A DNA stretch of 40,000 nucleotides from Candidatus Fonsibacter sp. (GTDB taxonomy: Bacteria; Pseudomonadota; Alphaproteobacteria; Pelagibacterales; Pelagibacteraceae): positions 208,975 to 248,974 of the forward strand of contig CAXNKS010000001.1 in assembly GCA_964203055.1 (NCBI GenBank), read 5' to 3'. Below the pieces are notes generated by a model. It ran no database searches. It saw nothing but the letters and a program-made list of their open reading frames with translations, and was not told where the DNA came from. A program made the translations under genes and the position numbers. This document shows, piece by piece, positions 18,930 to 27,893 of this stretch (positions are counted from its first letter, which is position 1; each line of letters starts with the position of its first letter).

Positions 18930-19872
18930 TTACTTAATTAAACCTTTTTCTTTGTAATATTTAATAGCGCCAGGATGAATTGGTAATGGCGGATTTTTAG
19001 CCGCATCTTTAACATTGATAGCTTGAGCTGCTGAATGCGCCGCTACTAATGCTGGAAGATTTTCATAAAACAACTTTGTCATTTGATAAGCTGTTGCATC
19101 TGAAACATCTTTACGTGTAACTAAATAATTAACTACAGCTGCTGTATTAACATCTTCTGTTTGTCCTTTGTAAGTGTTAGCTGGAATTTTTCCAGAAACG
19201 AAAGGAGCTCCCATTTTTTTAACAACTGCATCTGGAACAGAAACCACTGTTATGTCTAATGAGTTAGCAAGATCTTTTAATGAAGCAACACCAAGACCTG
19301 ACTGATTGTAAAGTAGCATCTAACTGTCTATTTTTAATTAGTTCAACTGACTCTTGATAAGGAAGATATTCAATCTTTCCTAAATCTTTATAAGACATTC
19401 CAGCGGCTGCAAAAAGAGCTCTAGAATTTAATTCAGTTCCAGATTTTGCTGCCCCAACTGAAAGTCCTTTGCCTTTAAGATCTGCTAAAGTTTTAATTTT
19501 AGAATCTTTAGAAGCTACGACTTGAATATAGTTTGGATAAATAGCTCCAATAATTCTTAGCTTATCAAGTTTGCCTTTAAAGCCGGCATCTTCTTTGCCT
19601 TCCCAAGCATCTTTTGCTGCATCGCCAAGAACAAAAGCTATTTCTGCTTTTCCTTCTTGAAGAAGAACTAAATTTTCTACAGAAGCTTTAGTTACCTGAA
19701 CTTGAACTTTAGAGTCTTTAATATTATCTCCATAAATTTTTGTAAGTGCAGATCCAAGCGGGTAATAAACACCTGATGTACCACCAGTTAAAATGTTTAT
19801 AAACTCAGCTGAATTAGAAGTGCTAACTGTAAACATTAGCGCAGCTAAAATTGATGTTATTTTTTTAAACAT
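18930..19872 (-). pseudogene. TAXI-family TRAP solute-binding protein, one extra nucleotide at about 19299-19302
   Basis: ORF 19264..19872 has a signal peptide plus TGGTSGVYYPLG and ends ...NRQLDATLQSVRSWCC...*. ORF 18930..19319 resumes SGLGVASLKDLA...IHPGAIKYYKEKG. One skipped base restores 313 aa. Confidence 0.85.
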
Positions 19873-20061
19873 ACTAATCCTTTTAAATTGTTTATATTTT
19901 TAAATTATAGATTAAAAAAAAAGCTAAACTAGATCTAATATAATATTCTACTTTAGATTGTATTCTTCTAATCAGTTTGAGTATAAAAGTGTTTTATTAA
20001 AAATTATTTACAGTAGCTTAATAATTAATTTTTAAAATTAAAATAATATAAGCAAAAAAAA

Positions 20062-20451
20062 ATGACTAAAAGCAAAGAGGATTGGAAAAAAATTCTTTCA
20101 GAAACGGAATATAATGTGCTTAGAAATGAAGGCACAGAAAGAGCTTATACAAGCGGATTAAATGAGGAAAAAAGAGAGGGAAATTACTACTGTGTTGGCT
20201 GCAATAATAAACTTTTTAGTTCAAAAATGAAATTTGATAGCGGAACAGGATGGCCTTCTTTTTTTGAAAGTTATCCGGGAGCATTTGGAACAAGCACTGA
20301 TTTTAAATTAGTTTATCCAAGAACAGAATATCATTGTGCAAAATGCAATGGTCATCATGGACATTTATTTGATGATGGCCCAGAACCTACTGGTAAAAGA
20401 TATTGTAACAATGGAATAGTTTTAAAATTTATTCCAGAAAAGATTAGTTAA
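20062..20451 (+). CDS. msrB: Peptide-methionine (R)-S-oxide reductase
   Basis: 129 aa with two CxxC pairs (CVGC, CAKC) and the catalytic region GHLFDDGPxPTGxRYCxN. Confidence 0.9.
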   Translation: MTKSKEDWKKILSETEYNVLRNEGTERAYTSGLNEEKREGNYYCVGCNNKLFSSKMKFDSGTGWPSFFESYPGAFGTSTDFKLVYPRTEYHCAKCNGHHGHLFDDGPEPTGKRYCNNGIVLKFIPEKIS

Positions 20452-20452
20452 T

Positions 20453-20848
20453 ATGAACAATTCTAATTTTGCTTCTGAAGTTACTAAAAAAGGATTTATC
20501 AATCACATTGGTGGAATTGATTTTAAAAAAGTTTCAGAAAACACTTTTGAATTTAATGTAACAGTAAAAAATTACAATTTAAATTCAGGCGGTATCAGTC
20601 ATGGAGGATATATAGCGGCAATACTAGACAATGGTATGGGTTCAGCTGCCTATCATGTGATTGATGGGAAAAGATGCGTAACTATTGCATTAGATATAAA
20701 ATTTATTTCAGCATCAAAAGAAGGTGATGTTTTAATTGGTAAAGTAAAAATATCAAAAAAAACTAATTCTCTAGTTTTTGTAGTTGCTGAATTATTTGAA
20801 AAAACAAATTTAGTTGCAACAGCTTCTGGGACTTGGAAAATTATATAA
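20453..20848 (+). CDS. PaaI-family hotdog-fold thioesterase
   Basis: 131 aa. GGISHGGYIAAILDNGMGSAA matches the PaaI/YbgC-like motif. Confidence 0.75.
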   Translation: MNNSNFASEVTKKGFINHIGGIDFKKVSENTFEFNVTVKNYNLNSGGISHGGYIAAILDNGMGSAAYHVIDGKRCVTIALDIKFISASKEGDVLIGKVKISKKTNSLVFVVAELFEKTNLVATASGTWKII

Positions 20849-20850
20849 TA

Positions 20851-21423
20851 CTATTTCCAAATTTCTTTTAATCTAGCCGGTCTTCCACAGCCAAGTAAAT
20901 AAGAATAATAACGCGTTGCATTTTCTTTATAATAATTTTGATGATAATCTTCTGCTGGGTAAAAATTCTTAAATTCAACAAAAGCTGTTTTAATTTTTTT
21001 TCTATTTAATGATTTCATTTCATCAATAGATTGGTCGATTAACTTGTTTTCATCATTATTTTGATAAAAAATTACTGAAGTATAGCTATTGCCTTTGTCG
21101 CAAAACTGGCCCTTTCCGTCATATGGATCAATATTAATCCAAAAATTTTTAAGTAATTCTAAGTATGAGATTACTTTTGGATCATAAGTTATTTTTACAG
21201 TTTCAATATGTCCCGTTCGACCCCTTAAAACTTCTTCATATGTTGGATTTACTTTTGTTCCTCCACTATAACCAGAAACAACCTCACTCACTCCATCAAT
21301 TTTTTCAAAAGCAGCTTCCATGCACCAAAAACACCCTCCTGCAAAATATGCATATTTTTTATCTTCAGAATAAGAAACTGATGTAAAAAATAAAATAAAA
21401 AAGAAAATTAATAATTTTTTCAT
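20851..21423 (-). CDS. msrA: Peptide-methionine (S)-S-oxide reductase with N-terminal signal peptide
   Basis: MKKLLIFFFILFFTSVSYSE is followed by catalytic AGGCFWC, with GHIETV and EDYHQNYY blocks. Confidence 0.9.
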   Translation of the reverse strand: MKKLLIFFFILFFTSVSYSEDKKYAYFAGGCFWCMEAAFEKIDGVSEVVSGYSGGTKVNPTYEEVLRGRTGHIETVKITYDPKVISYLELLKNFWINIDPYDGKGQFCDKGNSYTSVIFYQNNDENKLIDQSIDEMKSLNRKKIKTAFVEFKNFYPAEDYHQNYYKENATRYYSYLLGCGRPARLKEIWK

Positions 21424-21424
21424 T

Positions 21425-21754
21425 TTAATTAATGTAAAAATTTAAAATTCCAAATAAAATAATTCCAAAAAAGGATGACAATAAAACATTCTTTTTTGAA
21501 AGAAAAAGAACAACAATAGTAAGGCCTGCTACAAAAATTCTGATAAATGTTGATGATTGTTCTAAAGCACCAACTGGATGAATAAAAATTCTGGCAATCA
21601 ATGCGCTTAAAATTCCATAAGAAATACAAGAAACAAACTTAAATAATTTTCCTTCTTCATTTACATATTTTGAAGATAATACTCCTAAAAACCTTGATAA
21701 ATAAGTTGCAGCAGCTGAAATTAGGATTGCTATATAAATATAATTTGCTGACAT
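21425..21754 (-). CDS. azlD: AzlD-family branched-chain amino acid transport protein
   Basis: 109 aa and four predicted TM segments, immediately downstream of azlC. This is the typical AzlCD pairing. Confidence 0.7.
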   Translation of the reverse strand: MSANYIYIAILISAAATYLSRFLGVLSSKYVNEEGKLFKFVSCISYGILSALIARIFIHPVGALEQSSTFIRIFVAGLTIVVLFLSKKNVLLSSFFGIILFGILNFYIN

Positions 21755-21757
21755 ATT

Positions 21758-22454
21758 TTACCTTATAAAAATTAAATAAGAGGTTATTCCTGCAATTAAT
21801 CCAGCGATTAATACAGACCAGCTTGGTGTTACTAAAAATAAAAGAGGAGATAAAATTACTGATAAAACAACCGTTAAGATAATGTAATTTTTATTTAATC
21901 CCGCAACAATCATACACATAAAATAAATCGGATTTAAATAAATAATTGCTATAAAAATATTTTTACTAATAATTCCAGCAGTATAAAAACCAATAACCGT
22001 TGTAATAGTCGACATAATCCAAAGTGTTGCACTAAGACCTAAAAAAAAACTAAAACGGTTTTCTTTTTCAACTGTTTTATAATTGTTGAGCATATAAACC
22101 CAGCTTGTGACTGCTATAAAATGCGCAACTACATAGTAATGCCATTTTGGTCTATTTTGCTCTTTGATAACTGGAATTAAATTTATAGTCATCGGATATA
22201 ATCTTGCATTAGTTAAATACACGGAGAGGAAAATATTTAAAAAAGTTCCTTGAACGATAAGCGTCTCAGCCATTACTACCTGCCCTGGTAAAGCAAAACT
22301 AATTAAAGTTGAAAGAAAACTTTGCGTAGCATTTAGTCCTGTATTTTTAAAAAGAGCACCTAATGCAAAAAAACTTGCTGCTAAACTAATTCCTGGAATT
22401 CCCATTCCAACAATACATCCTTGTCTAAAATGCTGATTAAATGTTTTGTCTCAT
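21758..22454 (-). pseudogene. azlC: AzlC-family amino acid exporter component, N-terminus displaced by one extra nucleotide at 22444-22448
   Basis: The ATG at 22454 overlaps the LysE stop (ATGA) and reads MRQ before a stop. Skipping one base in caaaac gives M-R-(Q/K)-TFNQHFRQGCIVGMGIPGISLAA..., which runs into listed ORF 21758..22405 (231 aa repaired). Confidence 0.75.
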
Positions 22455-23068
22455 ATATTAATTTTGGTGCTCAAAATTCTATAGGCTAAAAATAATAAAA
22501 CGCATCCGGACAGTCTGCTTATTAAATTTGGATAATTTTTAAGAAAAATTGCAATTTTACTTGAAATGCCTGCATAAATTGTCAAAAAGAAAAAATCCAA
22601 AAATACATGCGTTGTCATTAAAATAGTAAAATGGATTATAAAATTATTATTAGGATCTAAAAAAGTAGGAAACATAACTAAAAAAAAAACTATAGCACCT
22701 GGACTAAATAAAGCAGAAATAAATCCATCTTTAAATAAATCGAACGCTGATCGAGTACCGAATGTTTTGTCTATTGTAAGGCTAGTTTTTCTTACTAAAA
22801 ACTTTATTGCTAAATAAATTAAATATAATCCTCCAATCCATTTAAAAATATCTAAAATTTGCGGATTTGGCTTCATTAGCGAGTAAACAACAAATGTTGC
22901 ACAGATCATTTGAATTGCATTGGCAGAAACATCTCCTAAACCTGTCCATAAACTTTTTGGAAAACCATAGTTCATGGAATTAGTAATAATTAGAATTCTT
23001 TGGGGCCCAGGAGTTATAAAGAGTATGATTATTAATTGAACAAATAGTAAATAATTGTTTGGTATCAT
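22451..23068 (-). CDS. LysE/RhtB-family amino acid exporter
   Basis: 205 aa and six TM segments, with an N-terminal ITPGPxxxxI motif typical of the LysE superfamily. Confidence 0.8.
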   Translation of the reverse strand: MIPNNYLLFVQLIIILFITPGPQRILIITNSMNYGFPKSLWTGLGDVSANAIQMICATFVVYSLMKPNPQILDIFKWIGGLYLIYLAIKFLVRKTSLTIDKTFGTRSAFDLFKDGFISALFSPGAIVFFLVMFPTFLDPNNNFIIHFTILMTTHVFLDFFFLTIYAGISSKIAIFLKNYPNLISRLSGCVLLFLAYRILSTKINI

Positions 23069-23119
23069 TGATAAATCTAGATCTATATTGACTAATTATC
23101 TTAATAAAGTTATTTAATT

Positions 23120-23208
23120 TATAGCGCTGAGTTATTTCAAATTGCGGGCGCTATATAAATCCAGCTAAAGCGAGGCATCTATAACCGCCGCTTTATCTGG
23201 TGGTTTTT
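23120..23208 (+). promoter_or_regulatory. Structured 5' leader of metF-metE-metZ; candidate riboswitch/attenuator (SAM-responsive suspected, class not established)
   Basis: Locally GC-enriched. Hairpin tatagcgc(23120-27)/gcgctata(23148-55). Long hairpin ccagctaaagcg(23161-72)/cgctttatctgg(23189-200), 11 bp with one mismatch. The long hairpin is mutually exclusive with aaccgcc(23183-89)/ggtggtt(23199-205) plus a T-run to 23208. Confidence 0.4.
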
Positions 23209-23245
23209 AGAAAAATTTCCAAAAACCTTTGTTATAAAATAAATT

Positions 23246-24133
23246 ATGAACAAAGATTTAAGTATTAGTTTCGAATTCTTTCCTGCTAAGGATGAGACAG
23301 GCCATAACAATTTATGGCTAAGTTTAAAAAAGTTAGAACAATTTTCTCCTAAATTTTTCTCAGTAACCTTCGGTGCAGGAGGTGGAGAACGCGATAAAAG
23401 TGATTTTTTAGTTAAAAAAATAAAAAATCAATCCACTATTCCAGCAGCTGGACACCTTACTTGTGTTGATATGAGTAAGGATGAAGTTAACTCAGTTGCC
23501 CTTAGTTGGTTAAAAAATGGAATAAATAAAATTGTTGCACTACGTGGTGACGTCAGAACTAAAAACTCAAAATATGCGCCACATAAAGAGGGATATATTA
23601 ATGCCGCTGATATGGTTAAAGGTCTAAAAAAGTTAGGTAACTTTGAAATTGCAATAGCTGGATATCCTGAAAAACATCCGGAGTCTGAAAATGAGATTAA
23701 AGATCTTGAGAATTTAAAAAATAAAGTTGATCAAGGAGCAGATAAAATAATTACACAGTTTTTTTTTAATTACGAAAAATTTTTAAAATTTAGAGATAGA
23801 GCAGTTTCTCTTGGAATTAAAATTCCAATCATACCAGGTATTTTGCCTATAGATAATTTTGAAAAGGTAAAAAATTTTAGCTCAAAATGTGGAACAACAA
23901 TTCCTAATTGGATTGAAAAAGAATTTGCAGGCCTTGAAACTGATAGTGAAATTCAAAAGATTGTTGGCGCAAGTATTGCATGTGATTTAGTCAAAAAATT
24001 ACACGCTGAGGGAGTTGATGAATTTCATTTTTATACCCTTAATAAATATGAACTTAGCTATGCAATATGTAAAAGACTTGTCGGCGATAAAATAGCAACC
24101 CAAAATAAACAACAGAAGGAGTTATACGCATAA
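23246..24133 (+). CDS. metF: 5,10-methylenetetrahydrofolate reductase
   Basis: 295 aa. SFEFFPAK, TFGAGG, HLTC, ALRGD and ITQFFF blocks are typical of MetF. Confidence 0.9.
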   Translation: MNKDLSISFEFFPAKDETGHNNLWLSLKKLEQFSPKFFSVTFGAGGGERDKSDFLVKKIKNQSTIPAAGHLTCVDMSKDEVNSVALSWLKNGINKIVALRGDVRTKNSKYAPHKEGYINAADMVKGLKKLGNFEIAIAGYPEKHPESENEIKDLENLKNKVDQGADKIITQFFFNYEKFLKFRDRAVSLGIKIPIIPGILPIDNFEKVKNFSSKCGTTIPNWIEKEFAGLETDSEIQKIVGASIACDLVKKLHAEGVDEFHFYTLNKYELSYAICKRLVGDKIATQNKQQKELYA

Positions 24134-26412
24134 TGATAAAAGTAAATTGTATTGGTTACCCAAGAATAGGTCCAAAAAGAGAATTAAAGAATGCTTTGGA
24201 AAAATATTGGAAATCTGAAATTTCTGAGGCTGATTTATTAAAGTGTGCTAGTGAATTAAAAAAAAATAATTGGCAAACACAAAAAGATAATGGTGTAGAT
24301 TTTATTTGCTCAAATGATTTTTCTTTTTATGATCAAGTTCTAGATACTATTTGTTTGGTAGGCTCAATTCCAGAAAGATACAAACATAAAGACGATAAAG
24401 TTTCTTTTAAAACTTATTTTGCAATGGCACGTGGCTCTCAAACAAAAGATTTAGATGTTCCAGCGCTTGAAATGACAAAATGGTTTGACACTAACTATCA
24501 TTACTTAGTGCCAGAATTTTCAAAAAATCAAAAATTCAAATTAAGTTCAAACAAACCGTTTGATGAATTTGATGAGGCAAAAAAATTGGGCTTTAATACC
24601 AAGCCAATTATTCTTGGCCCTCTTACTTTTTTAAGTCTTGGAAAGACTACAGATGAATCTTTTAAAAGCATTGATTTATTAGATAATTTGCTACCAGTTT
24701 ATGCTGAAGTTTTATCTGGCTTAAATAAGAAAGGTGCTGAATGGATCCAAATTGACGAGCCTATTTTAGTAAAAAATCAAAATGCTGATTTTACTAAACT
24801 AATCAAAAAAACTTTAAATCAATTAAAGAAATTTGCAGGTTCATCTAAAATTATCTTAACGACTTACTTTGAAAAGTTGGATGCTGAAGTTGAAAAAGAA
24901 ATTTTAGAAAGTGATGTAGATGGTATTCATTTTGATTTAATACGTGGAAATATTTCAAATATGAATTCTTTAAAAGATACTAATAAAACAATTTCTATTG
25001 GAATTGTTGATGGAAGAAATATTTGGAAATCTGATGTTAATAAAAAAATTGAACAAGTAACAGAGTATTCAAAAAATATAAAAAACCTATGGATCTCATC
25101 TTCTTGTCCATTACTACATACTCCCTATGATTTGGGTTTAGAAACTAAAGTTCCTGAAAAAATTAGAAGATGGTTATCATTTTCTAAACAAAAACTTATT
25201 GAACTTAATCATATTAAAATTTCATTAAACAAAGGTAACAATGAAATCAAAAATTACTTAGATGATAATAAAAAAGATATCACAAGCAGAGCAACATCTG
25301 AGTTAATTCATGATGATAAAGTTAAACAAAGAGCCAAAAATATTACAACGCAGATATTAAATAGAAAATCTAACTTTGTTAAAAGATCTGAAATACAAAC
25401 GAAGGTATTTAATTTACCTTTATATCCAACGACAACTATTGGATCTTTTCCTCAAACATCTGATGTAAGAAATGCCAGAGCTAAATTTAAAAAAAATGAA
25501 TTAAGCTTAAAAGAATATGAGGATTTTCTAAAAGTTAAAACAATCGATGCTATTAAAAAACAAGAGCAAATAGATATCGACGTTATTGTTCATGGTGAGT
25601 TTGAAAGAAATGACATGGTTGAATACTTTGGTGAACAGCTTAAAGGATTTACATTTACATCTAGTGGCTGGGTACAAAGTTATGGATCGCGATGTGTAAA
25701 ACCTCCAATTATATTTGGTGATGTTTCTCGTCCGCAATCTATGACTGTACAATGGTCAAAATTTGCACAACAACAAACAAAGAAAATCGTTAAAGGAATG
25801 TTAACGGGCCCAATAACGATTTTACAATGGTCTTTTGTTAGAGATGACCAACCAAGAAAAGATACTGCATTACAAATTGCTTTTGCAATCAGAGATGAAG
25901 TTGAAGATCTTGAAAACAATAGTATTAAAATGATTCAGATTGACGAACCTGCTTTGAGAGAAGGTTTGCCTCTGAAGAAAAGTGATTGGAAACAATATTT
26001 AGATTGGGCTGTTAAAGCTTTCCAAATTTCTGCTGCTGTAGCAAAAGATGAAACTCAAATACACACACATATGTGTTACGCTGAATTTGAGGATATTATT
26101 GATGCAATTGCTGCTTTAGATGCTGATGTTATCTCAATAGAAACATCAAGATCTAGAATGGAATTATTAAAAACATTTGAAAAATTCAAATATCCAAACG
26201 AAGTGGGACCTGGTGTGTATGACATTCATTCTCCTAGAGTTCCTAATAAAAATGAGATGAAAGAACTTATTCAAAAAGCTTCTAAGTTAATTGATAAGAA
26301 AAGAATTTGGGTGAATCCAGATTGTGGACTTAAAACTAGAGGCTGGCCTGAGACAATAGCTGCGCTTGAAACTATGGTGCAAGCGGCAAAGGAATTAAGA
26401 ACTGAGAAATGA
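24133..26412 (+). CDS. metE: Cobalamin-independent methionine synthase
   Basis: 759-aa two-domain MetE. N-terminal GYPRIGPKRELK, C-terminal TTIGSFPQT, HMCY and NPDCGLKTR (zinc/substrate sites). The start shares 1 nt with the metF stop. Confidence 0.95.
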   Translation: MIKVNCIGYPRIGPKRELKNALEKYWKSEISEADLLKCASELKKNNWQTQKDNGVDFICSNDFSFYDQVLDTICLVGSIPERYKHKDDKVSFKTYFAMARGSQTKDLDVPALEMTKWFDTNYHYLVPEFSKNQKFKLSSNKPFDEFDEAKKLGFNTKPIILGPLTFLSLGKTTDESFKSIDLLDNLLPVYAEVLSGLNKKGAEWIQIDEPILVKNQNADFTKLIKKTLNQLKKFAGSSKIILTTYFEKLDAEVEKEILESDVDGIHFDLIRGNISNMNSLKDTNKTISIGIVDGRNIWKSDVNKKIEQVTEYSKNIKNLWISSSCPLLHTPYDLGLETKVPEKIRRWLSFSKQKLIELNHIKISLNKGNNEIKNYLDDNKKDITSRATSELIHDDKVKQRAKNITTQILNRKSNFVKRSEIQTKVFNLPLYPTTTIGSFPQTSDVRNARAKFKKNELSLKEYEDFLKVKTIDAIKKQEQIDIDVIVHGEFERNDMVEYFGEQLKGFTFTSSGWVQSYGSRCVKPPIIFGDVSRPQSMTVQWSKFAQQQTKKIVKGMLTGPITILQWSFVRDDQPRKDTALQIAFAIRDEVEDLENNSIKMIQIDEPALREGLPLKKSDWKQYLDWAVKAFQISAAVAKDETQIHTHMCYAEFEDIIDAIAALDADVISIETSRSRMELLKTFEKFKYPNEVGPGVYDIHSPRVPNKNEMKELIQKASKLIDKKRIWVNPDCGLKTRGWPETIAALETMVQAAKELRTEK

Positions 26413-27584
26413 AAAAAACAAAACTTGGAACTAACACTAATTTAATTCGAGGAGGATTAAACAGAAGTCAGTTTAACGAGACTTCTGAAGCATTATTTCT
26501 AACATCAGGGTTTGTTTACGATAGTGCTGAGCAAGCTGAAGCTATCTTTAAAGGTAGCAAGAAAGGCTTTCAGTATACTCGTTACTCAAATCCTACAGTT
26601 GAAATATTTGAGAAAAGATTAGCCCTACTTGATGGTTCTGAGGACTGTTTTGCAACAGCAAGCGGAATGGCTGCTGTTTTTTTTTCATTAATGTGCCAAT
26701 TAAAAGCTGGAGATCATTTAGTTTCCTCTTCTGCTTTATTTGGATCTTGCAAAGAGATTGTTAAAAATATTCTGCCTAGATATGGGATTGAAGTAACATT
26801 TATAGATGGAAAAAATATAAATGAATGGAGAAAAGCTATTAAAAAAAATACAAAGATTTTTTTCTTTGAAACTCCTTCAAATCCACTTTTAGAATTAATT
26901 GATATTAAAGCAGTTTGTAATATCGCAAAAAAACATAAAATTAAAACTGTTGTTGATAATATTTTTGCAAGCCCTGTTTTGCAAAAACCGGTTTTATTAG
27001 GAGCAGATATTATTGTTTACTCTGGAACAAAACATATTGACGGACAAGGACGAGTTTTAGGTGGAGCAATATTATCTTCAACAAAATTTAAAGAAAATGT
27101 TTTAAAACCTTTCTTAAGACACACGGGTCCTGCTATTAGTCCGTTTAATGCTTGGGTTTTACTAAAAGGTTTAGAAACTATTAAAATTAGAGTAGAAGCG
27201 CAGTCTAATATTGCTTTAGAAATTGCTCAATTTTTAGATAAGCATTCAAAAATTGAAAAAGTATTTTATCCATTTTTAAAAAATTTTTCTCAATACTCAC
27301 TTGCTAAAAAGCAGCAAACTCTTGGTGGAACAATTTTAAGTTTTAAAATTAAAGGAAAAAAGAAAGATGCTTTTAAATTTATTAATAAATTAAAAATATT
27401 TGATATTTCTAATAATTTAGGTGATACAAAATCTATTGTAACTCACCCAACTACAACAACTCATCGTATTTTATCTGAAAATGAAAGATTATCTCTTGGT
27501 ATTACTGAAAATTTAATAAGACTTTCTATTGGTTTAGAAACAGTTTCTGATCTAAAAAAAGATATCTTAGCCGCGTTAAAATAA
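26409..27584 (+). CDS. metZ: O-succinylhomoserine sulfhydrylase / Cys-Met-metabolism PLP enzyme
   Basis: 391 aa. YTRYSNPT and SGTKHIDGQGR (PLP lysine context) favour MetZ. Overlaps the metE stop by 4 nt. Confidence 0.8.
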   Translation: MKKTKLGTNTNLIRGGLNRSQFNETSEALFLTSGFVYDSAEQAEAIFKGSKKGFQYTRYSNPTVEIFEKRLALLDGSEDCFATASGMAAVFFSLMCQLKAGDHLVSSSALFGSCKEIVKNILPRYGIEVTFIDGKNINEWRKAIKKNTKIFFFETPSNPLLELIDIKAVCNIAKKHKIKTVVDNIFASPVLQKPVLLGADIIVYSGTKHIDGQGRVLGGAILSSTKFKENVLKPFLRHTGPAISPFNAWVLLKGLETIKIRVEAQSNIALEIAQFLDKHSKIEKVFYPFLKNFSQYSLAKKQQTLGGTILSFKIKGKKKDAFKFINKLKIFDISNNLGDTKSIVTHPTTTTHRILSENERLSLGITENLIRLSIGLETVSDLKKDILAALK

Positions 27585-27587
27585 AAA

Positions 27588-27893
27588 TTATATTTTTAAT
27601 CTTTCAACAATCTTATTATTCAATAAATGAGAATTTAAAATCTCATCAATATCTTCTGAGTTTTTAAAAGAGTACCAAATACCCTCTGGGTAAATGACCA
27701 TTACTGGACCAGATTCACATCTATCTAAACAACCGGATTTATTAATTCTAATTTTTTTATTTAGTTTTAAGTCTTTTATCTTGATCTTTAATTCAGTTTG
27801 TAATTTTTCTGAATTCTTTGAACTACAGCAACCTTTTGGATTAGAGTCGGGTCTTTTATTAATGCAACAAAAAACATGTTTTTCAAAAAACAT
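27588..27893 (-). CDS. Thioredoxin-like [2Fe-2S] ferredoxin domain protein
   Basis: 101 aa. Cys clusters occur at CC(9,10), CC(22,23) and CxxxC(55,59), followed by GPVMVIYPEGIWY, typical of this family. Confidence 0.65.
   Translation of the reverse strand: MFFEKHVFCCINKRPDSNPKGCCSSKNSEKLQTELKIKIKDLKLNKKIRINKSGCLDRCESGPVMVIYPEGIWYSFKNSEDIDEILNSHLLNNKIVERLKI

Noticed and set aside
19873-20061. Three TAGAT(T/C) words (tatagatta, ctagatcta, tttagattg) in the 189-bp divergent spacer between the TAXI binding-protein gene and msrB, as possible operator sites.
   Set aside because: These are short AT-rich words expected by chance in such sequence. They show no consistent spacing or extended dyad symmetry beyond the single agatct palindrome.
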